Positions 36,780-48,470 of a DNA stretch of 64,000 nt are shown here, in pieces; within the stretch, counting starts at the first letter, position 1, and each line of letters begins with the position of its first letter. Below the pieces are notes generated by a model. It saw nothing but the letters and a program-made list of their open reading frames with translations. It was not told the DNA's origin and searched no databases. The stretch is from Camelus dromedarius. Its lineage: Eukaryota. The stretch is from the NCBI RefSeq assembly GCF_036321535.1, contig NC_087451.1:15686001-15750000 (forward strand), in the 5' to 3' direction. A program made the translations under genes and the position numbers.

Positions 36780-38654
36780 CCTTTTTTTTTTTTTTTTTGA
36801 TAACAGCTTTATTAGCTGTAACTCACAGACCACACCCCCCATTTAAAGTGTGTGATCCAGTTGTTTTTGATGTATTCATGGGTTTGTACAGACATCACCC
36901 TTGTGGATTTTAGAACATTTTCAGCACCTCAAAAAGAACCTCGTGCCCCTTAACAGCCCCTCCCCAGCCCCCACCTTCTACTTTCTGTCTCTATGACTCT
37001 GACTTCTCTAGGGAGAAGAATCACACAGTATTTGTCCTTCTCTGTCTGGCTTCTCTCGCTGAGCATCACGTGCTTTGGGTTCGTGCATGGTGTAGAAGGT
37101 GCCAGGATTTCCTTCCTTTTAAAGGTGGAATCAGATTTCACTGTGTGAATGGACCACATTCATTTACCCATCATCTGTCTGTGGACCCTTGGGTTGCTTC
37201 CAGCTTTCAGCTACTGTGAATCGTGCCGCTGTGAACATTTGCATACGTGTTTGAAAATATGTCTTGAATTTACCCAGTACCTAGGAATGGGATTGCTGGA
37301 TCATGTGGTGAGTCTCTGTTTAACTTTTTGAGGAACCATCAGACTGCTTCCACCACAGATGCCCCATCTGACGTTCCTGCCAGCNNNNNNNNNNNNNNNN
37401 NNNNNNNNNNNNNNNNNNNNNNNNNNNNNNNNNNNNNNNNNNNNNNNNNNNNNNNNNNNNNNNNNNNNNNNNNNNNNNNNNNNNNNNNNNNNNNNNNNNN
37501 NNNNNNNNNNNNNNNNNNTAAGTTGAAGTATAGTTTATGTATACTGTGTGTGTTACAGGTGTACAAGATAGTGAGTCACAGTTCTTAAAGGTTATACTGC
37601 ATTTATAGTTATTATAAAATACTGGCTATACTCCCCACATTGTACAATACATCCTTGTAGCTTATTTTATCCATGATAGTTTGTACGTCTTAATCCTCCA
37701 CCTCCATCTTGCCCCTCTCTCTCCCCTCTCCCCACTGGTAACCACTAGTTCTTTACATCTGTGAGTCTGTTTCTTTTCTGTTATATTCACTAGTTTGTTG
37801 TATTTGTTTCGAATCCACATGTAAGTGATATCTTACAGTATTTGTCTTTCTCCGTCTGACTTACTTCATTTAGCATGATGCCCTCCGAGTCCATCCATGC
37901 TGTACACCAGAAACTAACACATTTTAAATCAACTACTGCAACTAAAAAGCAAACAATCCATTTAAAATATGGGCAGAAGAACTGAATAGACATTTTTCCA
38001 AAAGAGGAAATGCAGATGGTGAACAGGAACATGAAAAGTTGCTCAGTATCACTAATATCAGGGAAATGCAAATCAAAATCACGAGACACCATCTCACACC
38101 TGTCAAAATGGCCATCNNNNNNNNNNNNNNNNNNNNNNNNNNNNNNNNNNNNNNNNNNNNNNNNNNNNNNNNNNNNNNNNNNNNNNNNNNNNNNNNNNNN
38201 NNNNNNNNNNNNNNNNNNNNNNNNNNNNNNNNNNNNNNNNNNNNNNNNNNNNNNNNNNNNNNNNNNNNNNNNNNNNNNNNNNNNNNNNNNNNNNNNAGAA
38301 AAACAAAAACATTAATTCAAAAAGACACATAAACCCTGCTATTAACAGCAGCACTATTTACAATTGCCAAGACACGGAAGCATCCCAAATGAACATCAAT
38401 AGATGAATGGATAAATAAGATGTAGTATACACATGCAATGGAATACAGCTCACCCACAAAAAAAGGATATTTTGACATTTGTGGCCCTTCATTCACTTTT
38501 TTTTTTTTGCACTTCAAGAACCAGAATTTTATAACTGGCATAAATTTCCATTGCATCAAAAACAACAAAATACCTAGAAATAGAGTTAACCAAGGACATT
38601 ACCCATACTCTTAAAACTGTAAAACACTGATGAAGGAAATTAAAGATGATACAA
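36780..38654. mobile_element. Nested LINE-1 3' fragments in both orientations, broken by N gaps (37385-37518, 38117-38296)
   Basis: L1 3'-UTR motifs such as 'catcatgctaaatgaagtaagtcagacggagaaagacaaatactg' (-) and 'tcaatagatgaatggataaataagatgtagtatacac' (+). Confidence 0.75.
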
Positions 38655-38833
38655 NNNNNNNNNNNNNNNNNNNNNNNNNNNNNNNNNNNNNNNNNNNNNN
38701 NNNNNNNNNNNNNNNNNNNNNNNNNNNNNNNNNNNNNNNNNNNNNNNNNNNNNNNNNNNNNNNNNNNNNNNNNNNNNNNNNNNNNNNNNNNNNNNNNNNN
38801 NNNNNNNNNNNNNNNNNNNNNNNNNNNNNNNNN

Positions 38834-40830
38834 TTTATAGGTCTTTTTTTTCCCACCTCTTTCTTTTTTCTTTTCTTGTGGTTTGGTGACTAGGGAAGTT
38901 CCTTTAACATTTGTTGTAAAGCTGGCTTGGTGGTGCTGAATTCTTGTAGCTTTTGTTTATCTGTGAAGTTTTTGATTTCTCCATCAAATCTGAATGAGAG
39001 CCTTGCTGGATAGAGTATTTTTGGTTATAAGTTTTTCCCTTCCATCACTTTAAATATATCATGCCACTCCCTTCTGGCTTGTAGAGTTTCTGCTGAAAAA
39101 TCAGCTGATAACCTATGGGAGTTCCTTTGTGTGTTATTTGTTGCCTTTCTTTTGCTGATTTTAATATTTTCTCTTTATCCTTAATTGTTGTCAATTTGAT
39201 GACTATGTGCCTTGGTGTGTCCCTTTTTGGGTTGATCCTGTGTGGAGCTCTCTGCACTTCTTGGACTTGGGTGACCGTGTCCTTTCCCAAGTTAGGGAAG
39301 TTTTTGGTTATCTCTTCAAAAATTTTCTCAGGTCCTTTGTCTCTTCTCTTTCTGGGACCCCTGTAATGCAATTAGTGTGCTTCATGTTGTCCCAGAGTTC
39401 TCTTAAACTATCCTCATTTCTTTTCATTCTTTTTTCTGTTCTGCAGTAGTGATTTCCACTAATCTGTCTTCTAGCACTGATCCGTTCTTCTGCCTCATGT
39501 AGTCTATTCTTGGTTCCTTCTAGTGTGTTATTCATTTCAGTGATTTTATTCTTCAACTCTGTTTGAGTATTCTTTATATTTTCCAACTCCTGCTAAAAAC
39601 TTCGCTCTGTGCATCTATATACTCCTCTTGAGTTCTTTTAACATCTTCACCATCATTACTCCAAATTCTTTCTCAGATAAATTGCCTATCTCCTCATCAC
39701 TTATTTCTTCTGGGATTTTATCTTGTGCCTTGGCCTGGAAGATATTCCTCTGCTGCCTCATATTGTCTTTCTATTTGTATTTTTAGGTAAGTTAGTTATG
39801 TTTCTCAACCTTGAAGAAGTGGCTCTCTGTGGGAGACGTCCTGTGCGTCCCAGCAGTACACTCCTCTCTTGGCACCCAACAGCCAGGGTCCAGGTGGTCC
39901 CAGTGTAGAGTCTGGCCTATGTTTGTGGATTCCTTCCACAGGCTTTGGGACTGTTGTTTTCTTATTTCTGGTACCTGCCCCCTGGTGGATGAGGCTGGAC
40001 TACAGGCTTATGCAGGTTTCTTCCTCCTTCCAGGAGTGCCTGCCCACTGCTGGGTGCAGCTTGTTCCTAGACCTCCGGTGCCTAGGGGTATGCCTAGAGG
40101 CTCAGGAAGTCCGCTGATGGGTGGGGCTGTGTTCCCACCCAGTATGTTTTTTGGCCTGAGGCTTCCCAGCCCCTGAGCCTACAGTCTCTTGGGTGGGGCT
40201 AGGTCTTGGTGCTAAGATACAAGCAAGATGTCAGCCTCCAGGAAAGCTCATGTAGATGAACACTCCCGGAATGTCCACCACCAGCTTTTATGTCCCCTGG
40301 GTGAGTCGCAGCCATCCCCCAAGTCTCCAGCAGCCCCTCCAAAACCAGCAGGCAGGTCTGGCCCAGGTTCCTATGAATCAGTGCCTCTGCCTTTGGACCT
40401 GGCACACGCAAGATTCTGTGTACGCTTCCCAAGAGAAGGATGTCTTGTTTCCCCCAGTCCTGTGGGGGTCCTGGAGTTAAGCCCCACTGGCCTTCAAAAC
40501 CAGATGTCCTGGGGTCTCCTCCTCCCAAGGTCAGAACCCTGGGCTGGGGAGCCTGACGTGGGGCTCAGAACTCTCAGTTCTGTGGGCAGGCTTCTGCGAC
40601 TTAATTATTCTTCAGCTTGGGGGTCGCCCACCCCAGGGGTATGGGGTCTGTTTACATCGCGAGCACACCTCTCCTACCATCCCAGTGTGGTTCCTTCTTT
40701 ATGTTTCCAGTTGAAGATAATCTTTTCTGCTAGGTTCCAGTCTTTTTTTTTTCCCCCTAATAGTTGTTTAGCAGTCACTTGTGGTTTTGCTGTAGTCGCA
40801 AGGGGAAGTGAGCTCGTAGTCCTACTGCTC
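38834..40830 (-). mobile_element. LINE-1 5' region plus degenerate ORF1, co-oriented with P2RX5
   Basis: ORF-track peptides 39308-39586 (ELKNKITEMNNTLEG...EAEERIS) and 39045-39371 (NFPNL...QEVQRAPHRINPKRDTPRHIVIKL) are L1 ORF1p coiled-coil/RRM segments with frameshifts. Confidence 0.85.
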
Positions 40831-41468
40831 CGCCGTCTTGCCTAGAAGCCCTGGGAGCCTGCCTCTCCCCTCATGGCCAGCTGCCTCCCCACAGGTCCAG
40901 CCCTCTCCCAGTTGCCGCCTTGAACACCTTTACATTTCACCCCTGGGGGCAAGGCCAAGTGTCCCCTTGGATGTTGGCCAAGGTCATTCTCTTAAGGAGT
41001 CGTCATCCAGCCTAGGGATCTGTGCAAGTCTCAGAGGCTAGAGGAAGGCCAGCGTGCTGGGCCCAGCTGTCATGTCTGTCGGCTCTGGAGGGAATTACAC
41101 GTGTGCTCCCCTCCCTGAAGGCCAGGTCAGTGTCTCCTTCAAGCATCTTTTGGACAGGTCCTAGCCCACAGCAGGCATCAAAAAATGTTTACTGCATGAA
41201 TGAATGGACAAGTGAATGCCCTACTAGGCTCTCCAGAAAAGTGAAAACGCTCTAGGCCTCTTCTGCACGAGCCACTCTGGCCACCGGGAGGCTCCCCTCC
41301 CCACACAAACAGTGAAAAGCTTGTAGCAAGATCCCAAAGTGCAGGAGAGGTGGCTGTGCCTGGAAGCCCCAGTCCATTGTGGACAAGGACGACTCTTCTT
41401 GGTTCAGAGCTGCAGGCAGTTCTGCCTCCAACATCTTCACCAAATCTGCTCTCAGCCAACACCTCTGG

Positions 41469-41538
41469 CTACGCCTCCACGGTCTGCAGGTTCCGCAGTT
41501 GCTCCACATTCGCCTTTCCGTTCCCCTGGTGGCCGGAC
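41469..41538 (-). CDS. P2RX5: P2X5 proximal (rodent-type) terminal exon: R-SGHQGNGKANVEQLRNLQTVEA*; gives a 453-aa protein
   Basis: Acceptor cccacctgcccacacacag; phase matches exon 12; resembles the recalled rodent C-terminus (SGLRENAIVNVKQSQILHPVKT). Confidence 0.75.
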
Positions 41539-42479
41539 CTGTGTGTGGGCAGGTGGGGCACAGAGGACTGTTGGGAGCCTTGCGGATGGGGACGGCCTCG
41601 CTAGAGGCAGACTCCACTCGCAGAAGCCTCCGGCTGGCAGCACTGCAGTCCTGCAGGGTCTCTGGCCAAAGCCCGGGCCCAGGGAGATGCTCAGGCCCAG
41701 GCCTCTGGAGCTGCCCCAGCAGTGAGCCCTCAGGCTATGCTGAGACCAGCAGGGCAGCCACTCTTCCCTCTCGCAGGTGAAGGAACTCAGGTGGGCGCCC
41801 AGGAAGTGACAATCGGCTCAAGGAGCATGTTGGGAGCTGCTGGGTGCCGGGCCTACCCCGGCAGATCCCCTAGCCTCTCCGTCTTTCTTGCCTCCCCTCC
41901 ATCCTTTGCCTCCCCTTTCCATCCCAGCTCACTTCTCTCTTTCCCTGCCCTGGCTCAGCTCCAGGTTGGAGGCTGCCAATAGCTAAGTCAGCAAAGAATG
42001 AAAGCTCGAGGCAGAGGAAAGCCAGCCCAGGTCAGTGAACCCCTCTGACATAGCTGACAAGAAGAGAGTCATGGGACCCTACCTACCGATGGAGGGGAAC
42101 CAGCCCCCTGTGTTCAGCCCCCACTAGAACGAAAAGGAAAACAGGCCCAGAAAGGGCCGGGCACCTGTTGAAGGTACAGAGGCAGGCAGGAGAAGAGCAG
42201 GCCCAAAGGCTGGCCTCCCGACTCAGCCCGGGGCACCCCCTGTGCCAGGCTGTGGTCAGATCTGCAGAAACTGCCAGGCTGCCCAGGGCTTCTGGGCTGC
42301 GCTCCAGGGAATCGCAGCCTGCAGGCCGCCTGTGAGCAGCCACCACCCTCCTGAAGCTAGGGCAACTCCAGAATTTCCACATCAAAGAGGAGCTTAGGGA
42401 AGGCATCTGAGGGGAGTGGTGGAATGGGGGGCTCAGTAAAGTAGAATAACCTGATAGAGAAGAAATGGATTCTAGGGGG

Positions 42480-42660
42480 ACACACTGCCTGGATTCAAAT
42501 CCCAGCTCTGCCATTTATTAGCTGTGTGACTTGAGCAAGTTACTTGACCTTTCTGTGCCTCGGTTTCCTCATTAGTAGAATGGGGAATATTAGCATCCAC
42601 GTCATTAGGTTGCTGAAATGAGGTCACATACACAAAGAGCTCAGAGCAGCGCCCCGCACA
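42480..42660 (+). mobile_element. MIR SINE remnant
   Basis: 'ggattcaaatcccagctctgccatttattagctgtgtgacttgagcaagttacttgacctttctgtgcctcggtttcctc' MIR core. Confidence 0.7.
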
Positions 42661-42918
42661 GTAAGCCTGAGGGAGTGACAGCACTGTTACGGTCTTAATG
42701 CTGGGACGGCACAGCAAGCAGACACATTTGTGGTCACTCGGGGACTGGTGGGGAGGCTAAAGCACCACCAGCACCCCTCCACCCAGAGCCCAGCTTGAAT
42801 GGGCTCTGCTGGGTCCCGGACGTCCTGCCTGTGGCCAGGTCAGCCGGAGCAGGGAGCAGGGTAGCAGACGGCTGTCTCTGCAGGCCTGGTTCCCGGCCCT
42901 CGGCTGGGCAGCCCTCAC

Positions 42919-43077
42919 CTGGCGGGCTGGAGGAGCTGCTGGCACACACAGCCATTCTCTTTCTGGCCACCGCCTCCATCCTGCGCCTCGGGCTGCTCGG
43001 CCAGCCCCGTTCCCACCTCGGCCGGGGCCACGCTGTGTTGCGAGGACTCCGCCAGCTGGGCGAGGACCCCTAGGTCC
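42919..43077 (-). CDS. P2RX5: P2X5 exon 12 (159 nt; DLGVLAQL...QKENGCVCQQLLQPA-R)
   Basis: Donor ag|gtgagg; end resembles human QKGNGSVCPQLLEPHR; the acceptor is ambiguous (tandem AG 8 nt apart). Confidence 0.8.
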
Positions 43078-43965
43078 CTAGGCAGGACATGACCTGTTAA
43101 CCCTGGCCTGCAAGCCCTGGGTGCCACCCCTTCCCCGGGAACTGGTGAGCCACTTGCCCTGCAGGGGGCGCCCCTCTTCCCCCAGCAGCTCAGTGGGAGA
43201 AGCAGATGCAGTCAGGGCTCAGGGTTCAGCTTGAGAACCACGGCTGGGTTTCAGTCCAGGCGAATGATGCAGGCTGGCCCTCCGCCCTGTCCCAGGTTGT
43301 AGTGGAGCTTAGGGAAGTGCCCAGTGCCCGTCCAGAGCCCATTATCTGCAATTCCTCTTTCCGATCCCAGCCCCTCCAGAAAGCCTTCCCCAAAGGCTGG
43401 GCCAGAGCCCCTCGCCCCTTCCCATCCACCCAACCACTACGATTTTCCATGCACACTGTGTTCTGCTCCTCTAAATACACACCCAAAGCCCAGCAAGCCC
43501 AAGGCCAAGAGGCCCCGAGATTGGAGGGAAAAATCCATTCTTTTCCTTCCCTTACCACTCCAGCCCCGCCTCAACCCCAGCCCCCAGGACCAGTGCTGGA
43601 AGGCGCCGTATGTAAACCAACACTCTCATTTCACAGAGAGAGAAACTGAGGCCCAAGGAGGCCTGGGACTGGTCCAGAGTCACTTGGGGAGATAGTAATA
43701 GAGCCAGGTCTGGAAACCAGGTCTCCTGCCCACGACCTGGAGTGGCTTTTCTTCTGCCAGCTGCTCTGAAGCAGAATCCAGTCCTCTAGAGCAGGTATTC
43801 AGAGCATTCCGCCTTCCCCAGCCTATCCAGGGGAGCTGCCCGCATTCGGCCCTGCCTCTACCCCGTCGCCAAACACCAACAGAAAACCAAGGTAAGGGTT
43901 CTCAGCCAGGGAGGGAGATGACCTAGTGGGCGCCCCTCGGGCTGCTGGGAGGACACTTAACTGAC

Positions 43966-44048
43966 CTCACTTCCTCGTACTTCTTGTCTCGGTAAAAGTG
44001 GCTCTTTTTGATGAAGTAGATGAGCACCAGGTCGCAGAAGAAAGACCC
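43966..44048 (-). CDS. P2RX5: P2X5 exon 11 (GSFFCDLVLIYFIKKSHFYRDKKYEEV-R)
   Basis: ttttgcag acceptor, gtcagt donor; end of TM2 and YxxxK motif. Confidence 0.96.
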
Positions 44049-45559
44049 CTGCAAAAGAGTTGGGGTCCCTGACTCAGAATCGACTTCCAGAGAGCGCTCG
44101 GCTACTTGACACAAACCACACCCCGTTTGACCCGACAACCCCTGAGGGGGCATCATGGTCCCCATCTCAGGGACACTGGGCTCAGAAAGGGGTGCCTTTG
44201 TCCAAGGCCACAAAGCTGGTCCCTGGTAGAGCCAGAGTTAGCCTGCAGCCCAACTGATCCCTCAGGCCAAGCACCCCCGCACTCCCCTGACCCCACTGAG
44301 TCAGGTCTTCAGCCAGCGTCTGCTGAGCATCACGGGTGCCAGGTACTGCCCTGGGGTGCAGGGAGGAGTGGGGACCGTTCCTCTGGCACAGGAGACAAGC
44401 ATGTAAATTACGACCCAAAGTGACATGTCCTACGATGGGGAGAGGTGCAGGGGAGCAGACAGAAGACGGGACTTTATTTTGCCTGGGAGATACATCTGGG
44501 CTGAGTCTTGAGGGCTGAATAAGATTTTATAAAAGGGAAAAAAAGCTCAGGAAGGACGCTGCAGAGGCAGCACAAGCTCGTCATGCCTGGGAATAGGGGC
44601 GGGACAGAACTGTAGCACTTTAGGAGCTCTCTCCAGTAGTCAGTGAGAGAGATGTATTGGAGAGCATCTGAACAAGGGCACAACGGCAGGGGTCAAGGAA
44701 AGGTGAGGCCTGAGCTAACCCAGTGGACCTGCGGGCACACCTGAGCACACCCTCTTCAGACCAGAGTAGGTGGTGCAAATACCAGTCTCCTCCACCAGAG
44801 GGCGACTCCACCCTCACAGCACAGAAGGGAGGGGCGGAGTTTCCTGAAAGTCTGAGGAGCGGGAGGGGGTGCGAGGGGGTTGATGGATGGCCCCACAGGG
44901 TCCTCTGACCTGGGCGCTGCACATCTTCCCCGCCCTGTGTCAAAAAAGCTATTAATTCCTTGTTTGACAGAGAACACTCCTCCCACCCCCACCCACCCTC
45001 AACCAGCACTTTTTCCCTGTTACCTTCACTTCACAGGTGTCCCCCAGATGCCCCTGTGTTCTGATTTACCCACGTTATAAGAAAGTGATGGCCGAAGGGG
45101 CCCTTCTCTAGGAAATTTAGACATGCAAACATGCAGGGCTCCCCAACAATGCTGTCTGCAGTTAGGGGGGGTCATTTGGGGCACACTTTCATCCACTGAC
45201 CACACTTCTCAGGAGCATGGCCTCTTTGAGTCCTGCTACAGGACAGTTTTCCTGGTCTCCAGGAGTCCTAGGTCCTGCTAGAAGCCTCCAATGGGACTGC
45301 TGTGACTGCCCGGCAGAGGAACCCAGGGTGAGGCTGCCAGAAACCTTGGCAAGGGGCCTCCTGGGGTGGGTACAAGCCACTCACTGATGACTCCCCTGTC
45401 TTTAAAAAACTTCCACAAAAACAAAAGGGCATGAAAGAGATCCAGGGGAATCCTTCCCTGCCCTCCAGCCACTACTTCCTCTCCTGTGGGCCCCTCGAAG
45501 CCCAGCTGAAGGGACAGATCTGAGGGAGGACCGATTTCCCTGCCTCTCATCTCCTTAGC

Positions 45560-46294
45560 TGCATGATTCGCAACCAGGGGCAGATTGTTGATGCCTGGAG
45601 AGATTTTTGGTTGTCATGATGAAAACCAGGCAGGACCCTCCAGGGCCCCCTGGGTACAAATCCTTTTTGTGTCCCCCGTTCCTTTCGTGTAGGAAATAGG
45701 CTTCATTCAGCCTCCTAGATTATTTCCCTGAGTTCCAAAGAGCAGATTCAAACATTTGCTACTCAGAGAAGTGAGGAAATGCAGAAAGAGAGGAGGAGGA
45801 GTCAAAAAACAATAGTGTAGCCTTGGGGCAGGGTCTTGGTTCCTCCTGCAGGGACAGATATGACTATCTTTGAGTTCTTCTGCAGGAACTAAGGCCCCCG
45901 CCCAGGGGGAGGATGGTAACTCAGGCCCTGTAACCTCATGAGCCCATCAGAAGAAAGTCACACACCCTGCAGCCCTCACCCCAAATTTTGCATATAAATC
46001 ACTCCACCCCAAAAACCATCAAGGAGTTTGGGGGGTTTGAGTACAAGCCTCCCATCCTCCTTGCTCGGTCCTGCAGTAAACTCTTCTCTGCTCCAAACTC
46101 CGACGTTTCAGTTTGGCCTCACTGTGTGCTGGGCACAGGAACTCATGTTCGGTGACAGCAGCTGTGGCGGAGGTGCTGCGGCATCTGGTGGGTGACGCTG
46201 GGGGTGCTGCCTGCCCCCCTACAGCGTGCAGGACGGCCCCACAAAAAGAGGATTACCTGGCCCCAGACATCACAGGGCCATGGCTGAGAAACCC
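45560..46294 (+). mobile_element. MER20 split into 45560-45616 and 46158-46294 by an LTR insertion
   Basis: Left part ends 'gatttttggttgtca'; right part resumes 'cagctgtggcggaggtgctgcggcatctggtgggt...gctgagaaaccc'. Confidence 0.7.
45617..46157 (+). mobile_element. ERV1-like solo LTR (~540 bp) in P2RX5 intron 10, antisense to the gene
   Basis: TG...CA termini, TATAAA 45993-45998, AGTAAA 46075-46080, end 'ttcggtgaca'; no clean TSD seen. Confidence 0.75.
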
Positions 46295-46613
46295 AGAAGT
46301 AGCCAGATCCTGCCTCTTTTTAGCAGAAGTGGAGACAAGGCGGCCCAGGATCCCAGAGAACCCTCAGACACAAACAGAAGCCCTTCTGGCTCTGGAAAGA
46401 GAAACCCAGGTGGTCACTGCCACCTGGGGGGCCGCCGGAGGGGTGTGAAGTCCTGGAAAGGCCTTTCCACAGGTCTGCCTGGACCTCCCAGGAACCCCCC
46501 CCAGCTCTGGTTCTTCCCAGGGCCTCAGGACAGCTCCCCTGGGGCACTGTCCCCCCACCGCCTGCCCCTGCCCTGCCCATCCTAACAGGGTAAAGTGGGG
46601 GAGAGGTACTCAC

Positions 46614-46679
46614 CACCCCCATAAGCGCCACCCCAGAGCCCACGTTGATGATTGTGGGGATGATGCTGAACTTCCCTGC
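46614..46679 (-). CDS. P2RX5: P2X5 exon 10 (66 nt; AGKFSIIPTIINVGSGVALMGV)
   Basis: ctccag acceptor; intact donor gtgagt at 46613-46608. Confidence 0.96.
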
Positions 46680-46810
46680 CTGGAGCACAGAGAGACAAGG
46701 TGGGGTGAGGCGGACAGCAGGATCCCAGGGACTCCACCAGAGAAGCCCGGGGTCCCTCCTAGCACCCCACCCACCCAGGACGTGCCTGCCCAGCCTCAGA
46801 ACACACGAAC

Positions 46811-46904
46811 CTTGCCATTCACCATCACATCAAAGCGGATCCCATAGGCCTTAAACAGCGTGCGGAACTCCACCCCAGCGGTGTCTCGGTAATACTTGGC
46901 AAAC
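46811..46904 (-). CDS. P2RX5: P2X5 exon 9 ([31 protein letters not shown])
   Basis: cccccag acceptor, gttcgt donor. Confidence 0.96.
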
Positions 46905-47338
46905 CTGGGGGAGACAAGGCTGGGGAGACCTCGGCCTGCCTGGGCCTCCCAAATGTCTGGCGTCACAGGCTCAGCTGCCTTGGAGACTTATAACCCTCCA
47001 TCCCGGGACCCTGGCTTTCAGCAGCTCCCAGGACAGTCTGGAGACTCCCTTGCTGATACAAAGCTAAAGATCTGTGTTCAGGCCTTTGAAGTCCTTGCCA
47101 GACATTCCCCATGAGACAAGGGCTTTCCCACTACTGCTGGGCCAAGCTGGGGCCACCAAGGCACTGGCGGATCTGACCCAGCTGTGCAGCCCAGCCTCAC
47201 CTTCAGGGCAAGTACAGCCGATGCTTCTCTCCTCTCCCAGAGGCCCCCTGGCTGCCTCCCACGCCCGCCCCCAGGAGGGAGTGTCATAGTGCTGGCACCC
47301 AGGAAAGGTCACAAGGTGGCAGGCCTCGTCCCAATTAC

Positions 47339-47475
47339 CTGAAATTGTACCCAGAAGAGACAGAGTTTTCTGAAAATTTGTTGTCCAGACGGCTAAAGTG
47401 ATAGTGCGGGTTGCATTCAGAGGGAGCTCTGTCAAGATCACAGTTCCACTCAATCTGAATTCCTATCACACCACC
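47339..47475 (-). CDS. P2RX5: P2X5 exon 8 (137 nt; [46 protein letters not shown])
   Basis: catcaag acceptor, gtaatt donor; GYNFR ATP-binding motif. Confidence 0.96.
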
Positions 47476-48002
47476 CTTGATGCAAAAGAGACAAAAATCA
47501 GCTCACAGAACTTTCTAGAGATGGTCAGAAATCACAGACCCATTCTTCACGGGTAGCTGGACTAGACTGGGGAAGTGCTCAGATGAGAGGGAGGCCCGGC
47601 TAGAGCATCTTCCAGGAGGAACGAGAGGCCCGAGGTTCTAGCCCCACCCCGGCCCCACCCTGGGGTGGCTGAGCAGAGCGCGTGGCTGACAGCCCATATC
47701 CTCTTGCTCGGTGCTTCAGGGGAGACGGGGACGATCAGGGCGAATGTGTGCTGTGGGACAGGCACCCAACATCAGCGCCAACATGCCAGTGAGGCTCCTC
47801 CTGGCTCAGTTTCAGCTGATTCCCAGAGGACTAAGAACCAGACAGCACAGCCAGCTGTGCATCACAGTGAATGCTGAGACAGTGAGTCCCCAGGCAGGTG
47901 ACTTGGTAGGCCCACCCCCTCCCATGGGTCCTCCTCCCACCCGCTCCTCATTGCAGAGCCCAAGTCCAGAGCCCTCCGACCCCCTGAGCACACACCACCC
48001 AC

Positions 48003-48141
48003 CTGCAAAGCTATCTCCTGGAAGTTGCTCCCTGTCCAGCTGACCACGGACCCCAGTCGGAAGATGGGGCAGTAGGGGTCCTTGGGGCCAAATTTACATG
48101 ATTTGAGGAAAGCTCTGTCTTTGGTGTCCAGCACATTGGTC
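48003..48141 (-). CDS. P2RX5: P2X5 exon 7 (139 nt; TNVLDTKDRAFLKSCKFGPKDPYCPIFRLGSVVSWTGSNFQEIALQ)
   Basis: acccag acceptor, gtgggt donor; CPIF motif. Confidence 0.96.
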
Positions 48142-48389
48142 CTGGGTAGAGGCCAGTGAAATGAAGGTGAGACTGGCTGTTCTCAAGCCAGAAACTGGGC
48201 CTAACCCAGGAGTCACTGGCCCCTCGGCTGGGCGAGATGGAGCCCCTGACTTTAGCCCCTAATCAAGTCCTGGTACTTTCCCCACCCCCAACATCCTTCT
48301 GCAAAAAAGGACAGAGCCCCACCGCCACACAGGGGAAAGGGTGAAGGGTGCCCCGCATCACCCAGTGGTTCACACATGGCCTCACGTAC

Positions 48390-48470
48390 TTGGAGAAGTT
48401 GAATTTGGGGAAGCGAATGAAGTTCTTTATGTAAACGGTGAAGTCTTCAGCCTTGCCCAGGAGTGGCTTC
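48390..48470 (-). CDS. P2RX5: P2X5 exon 6 (81 nt; [27 protein letters not shown])
   Basis: ttttcag acceptor, gtacgt donor. Confidence 0.96.

Noticed and set aside
39045-39586. Coiled-coil/RRM-like ORFs
   Set aside because: Frameshifted LINE-1 ORF1 remnants, not a host gene
42083-42124. Strong minus-strand acceptor (gttttccttttcgttctag) giving an in-frame S-GAEHRGLVPLHR* end for P2X5
   Set aside because: No resemblance to known P2X5 C-termini and no poly(A) signal seen nearby; cannot be excluded without RNA data
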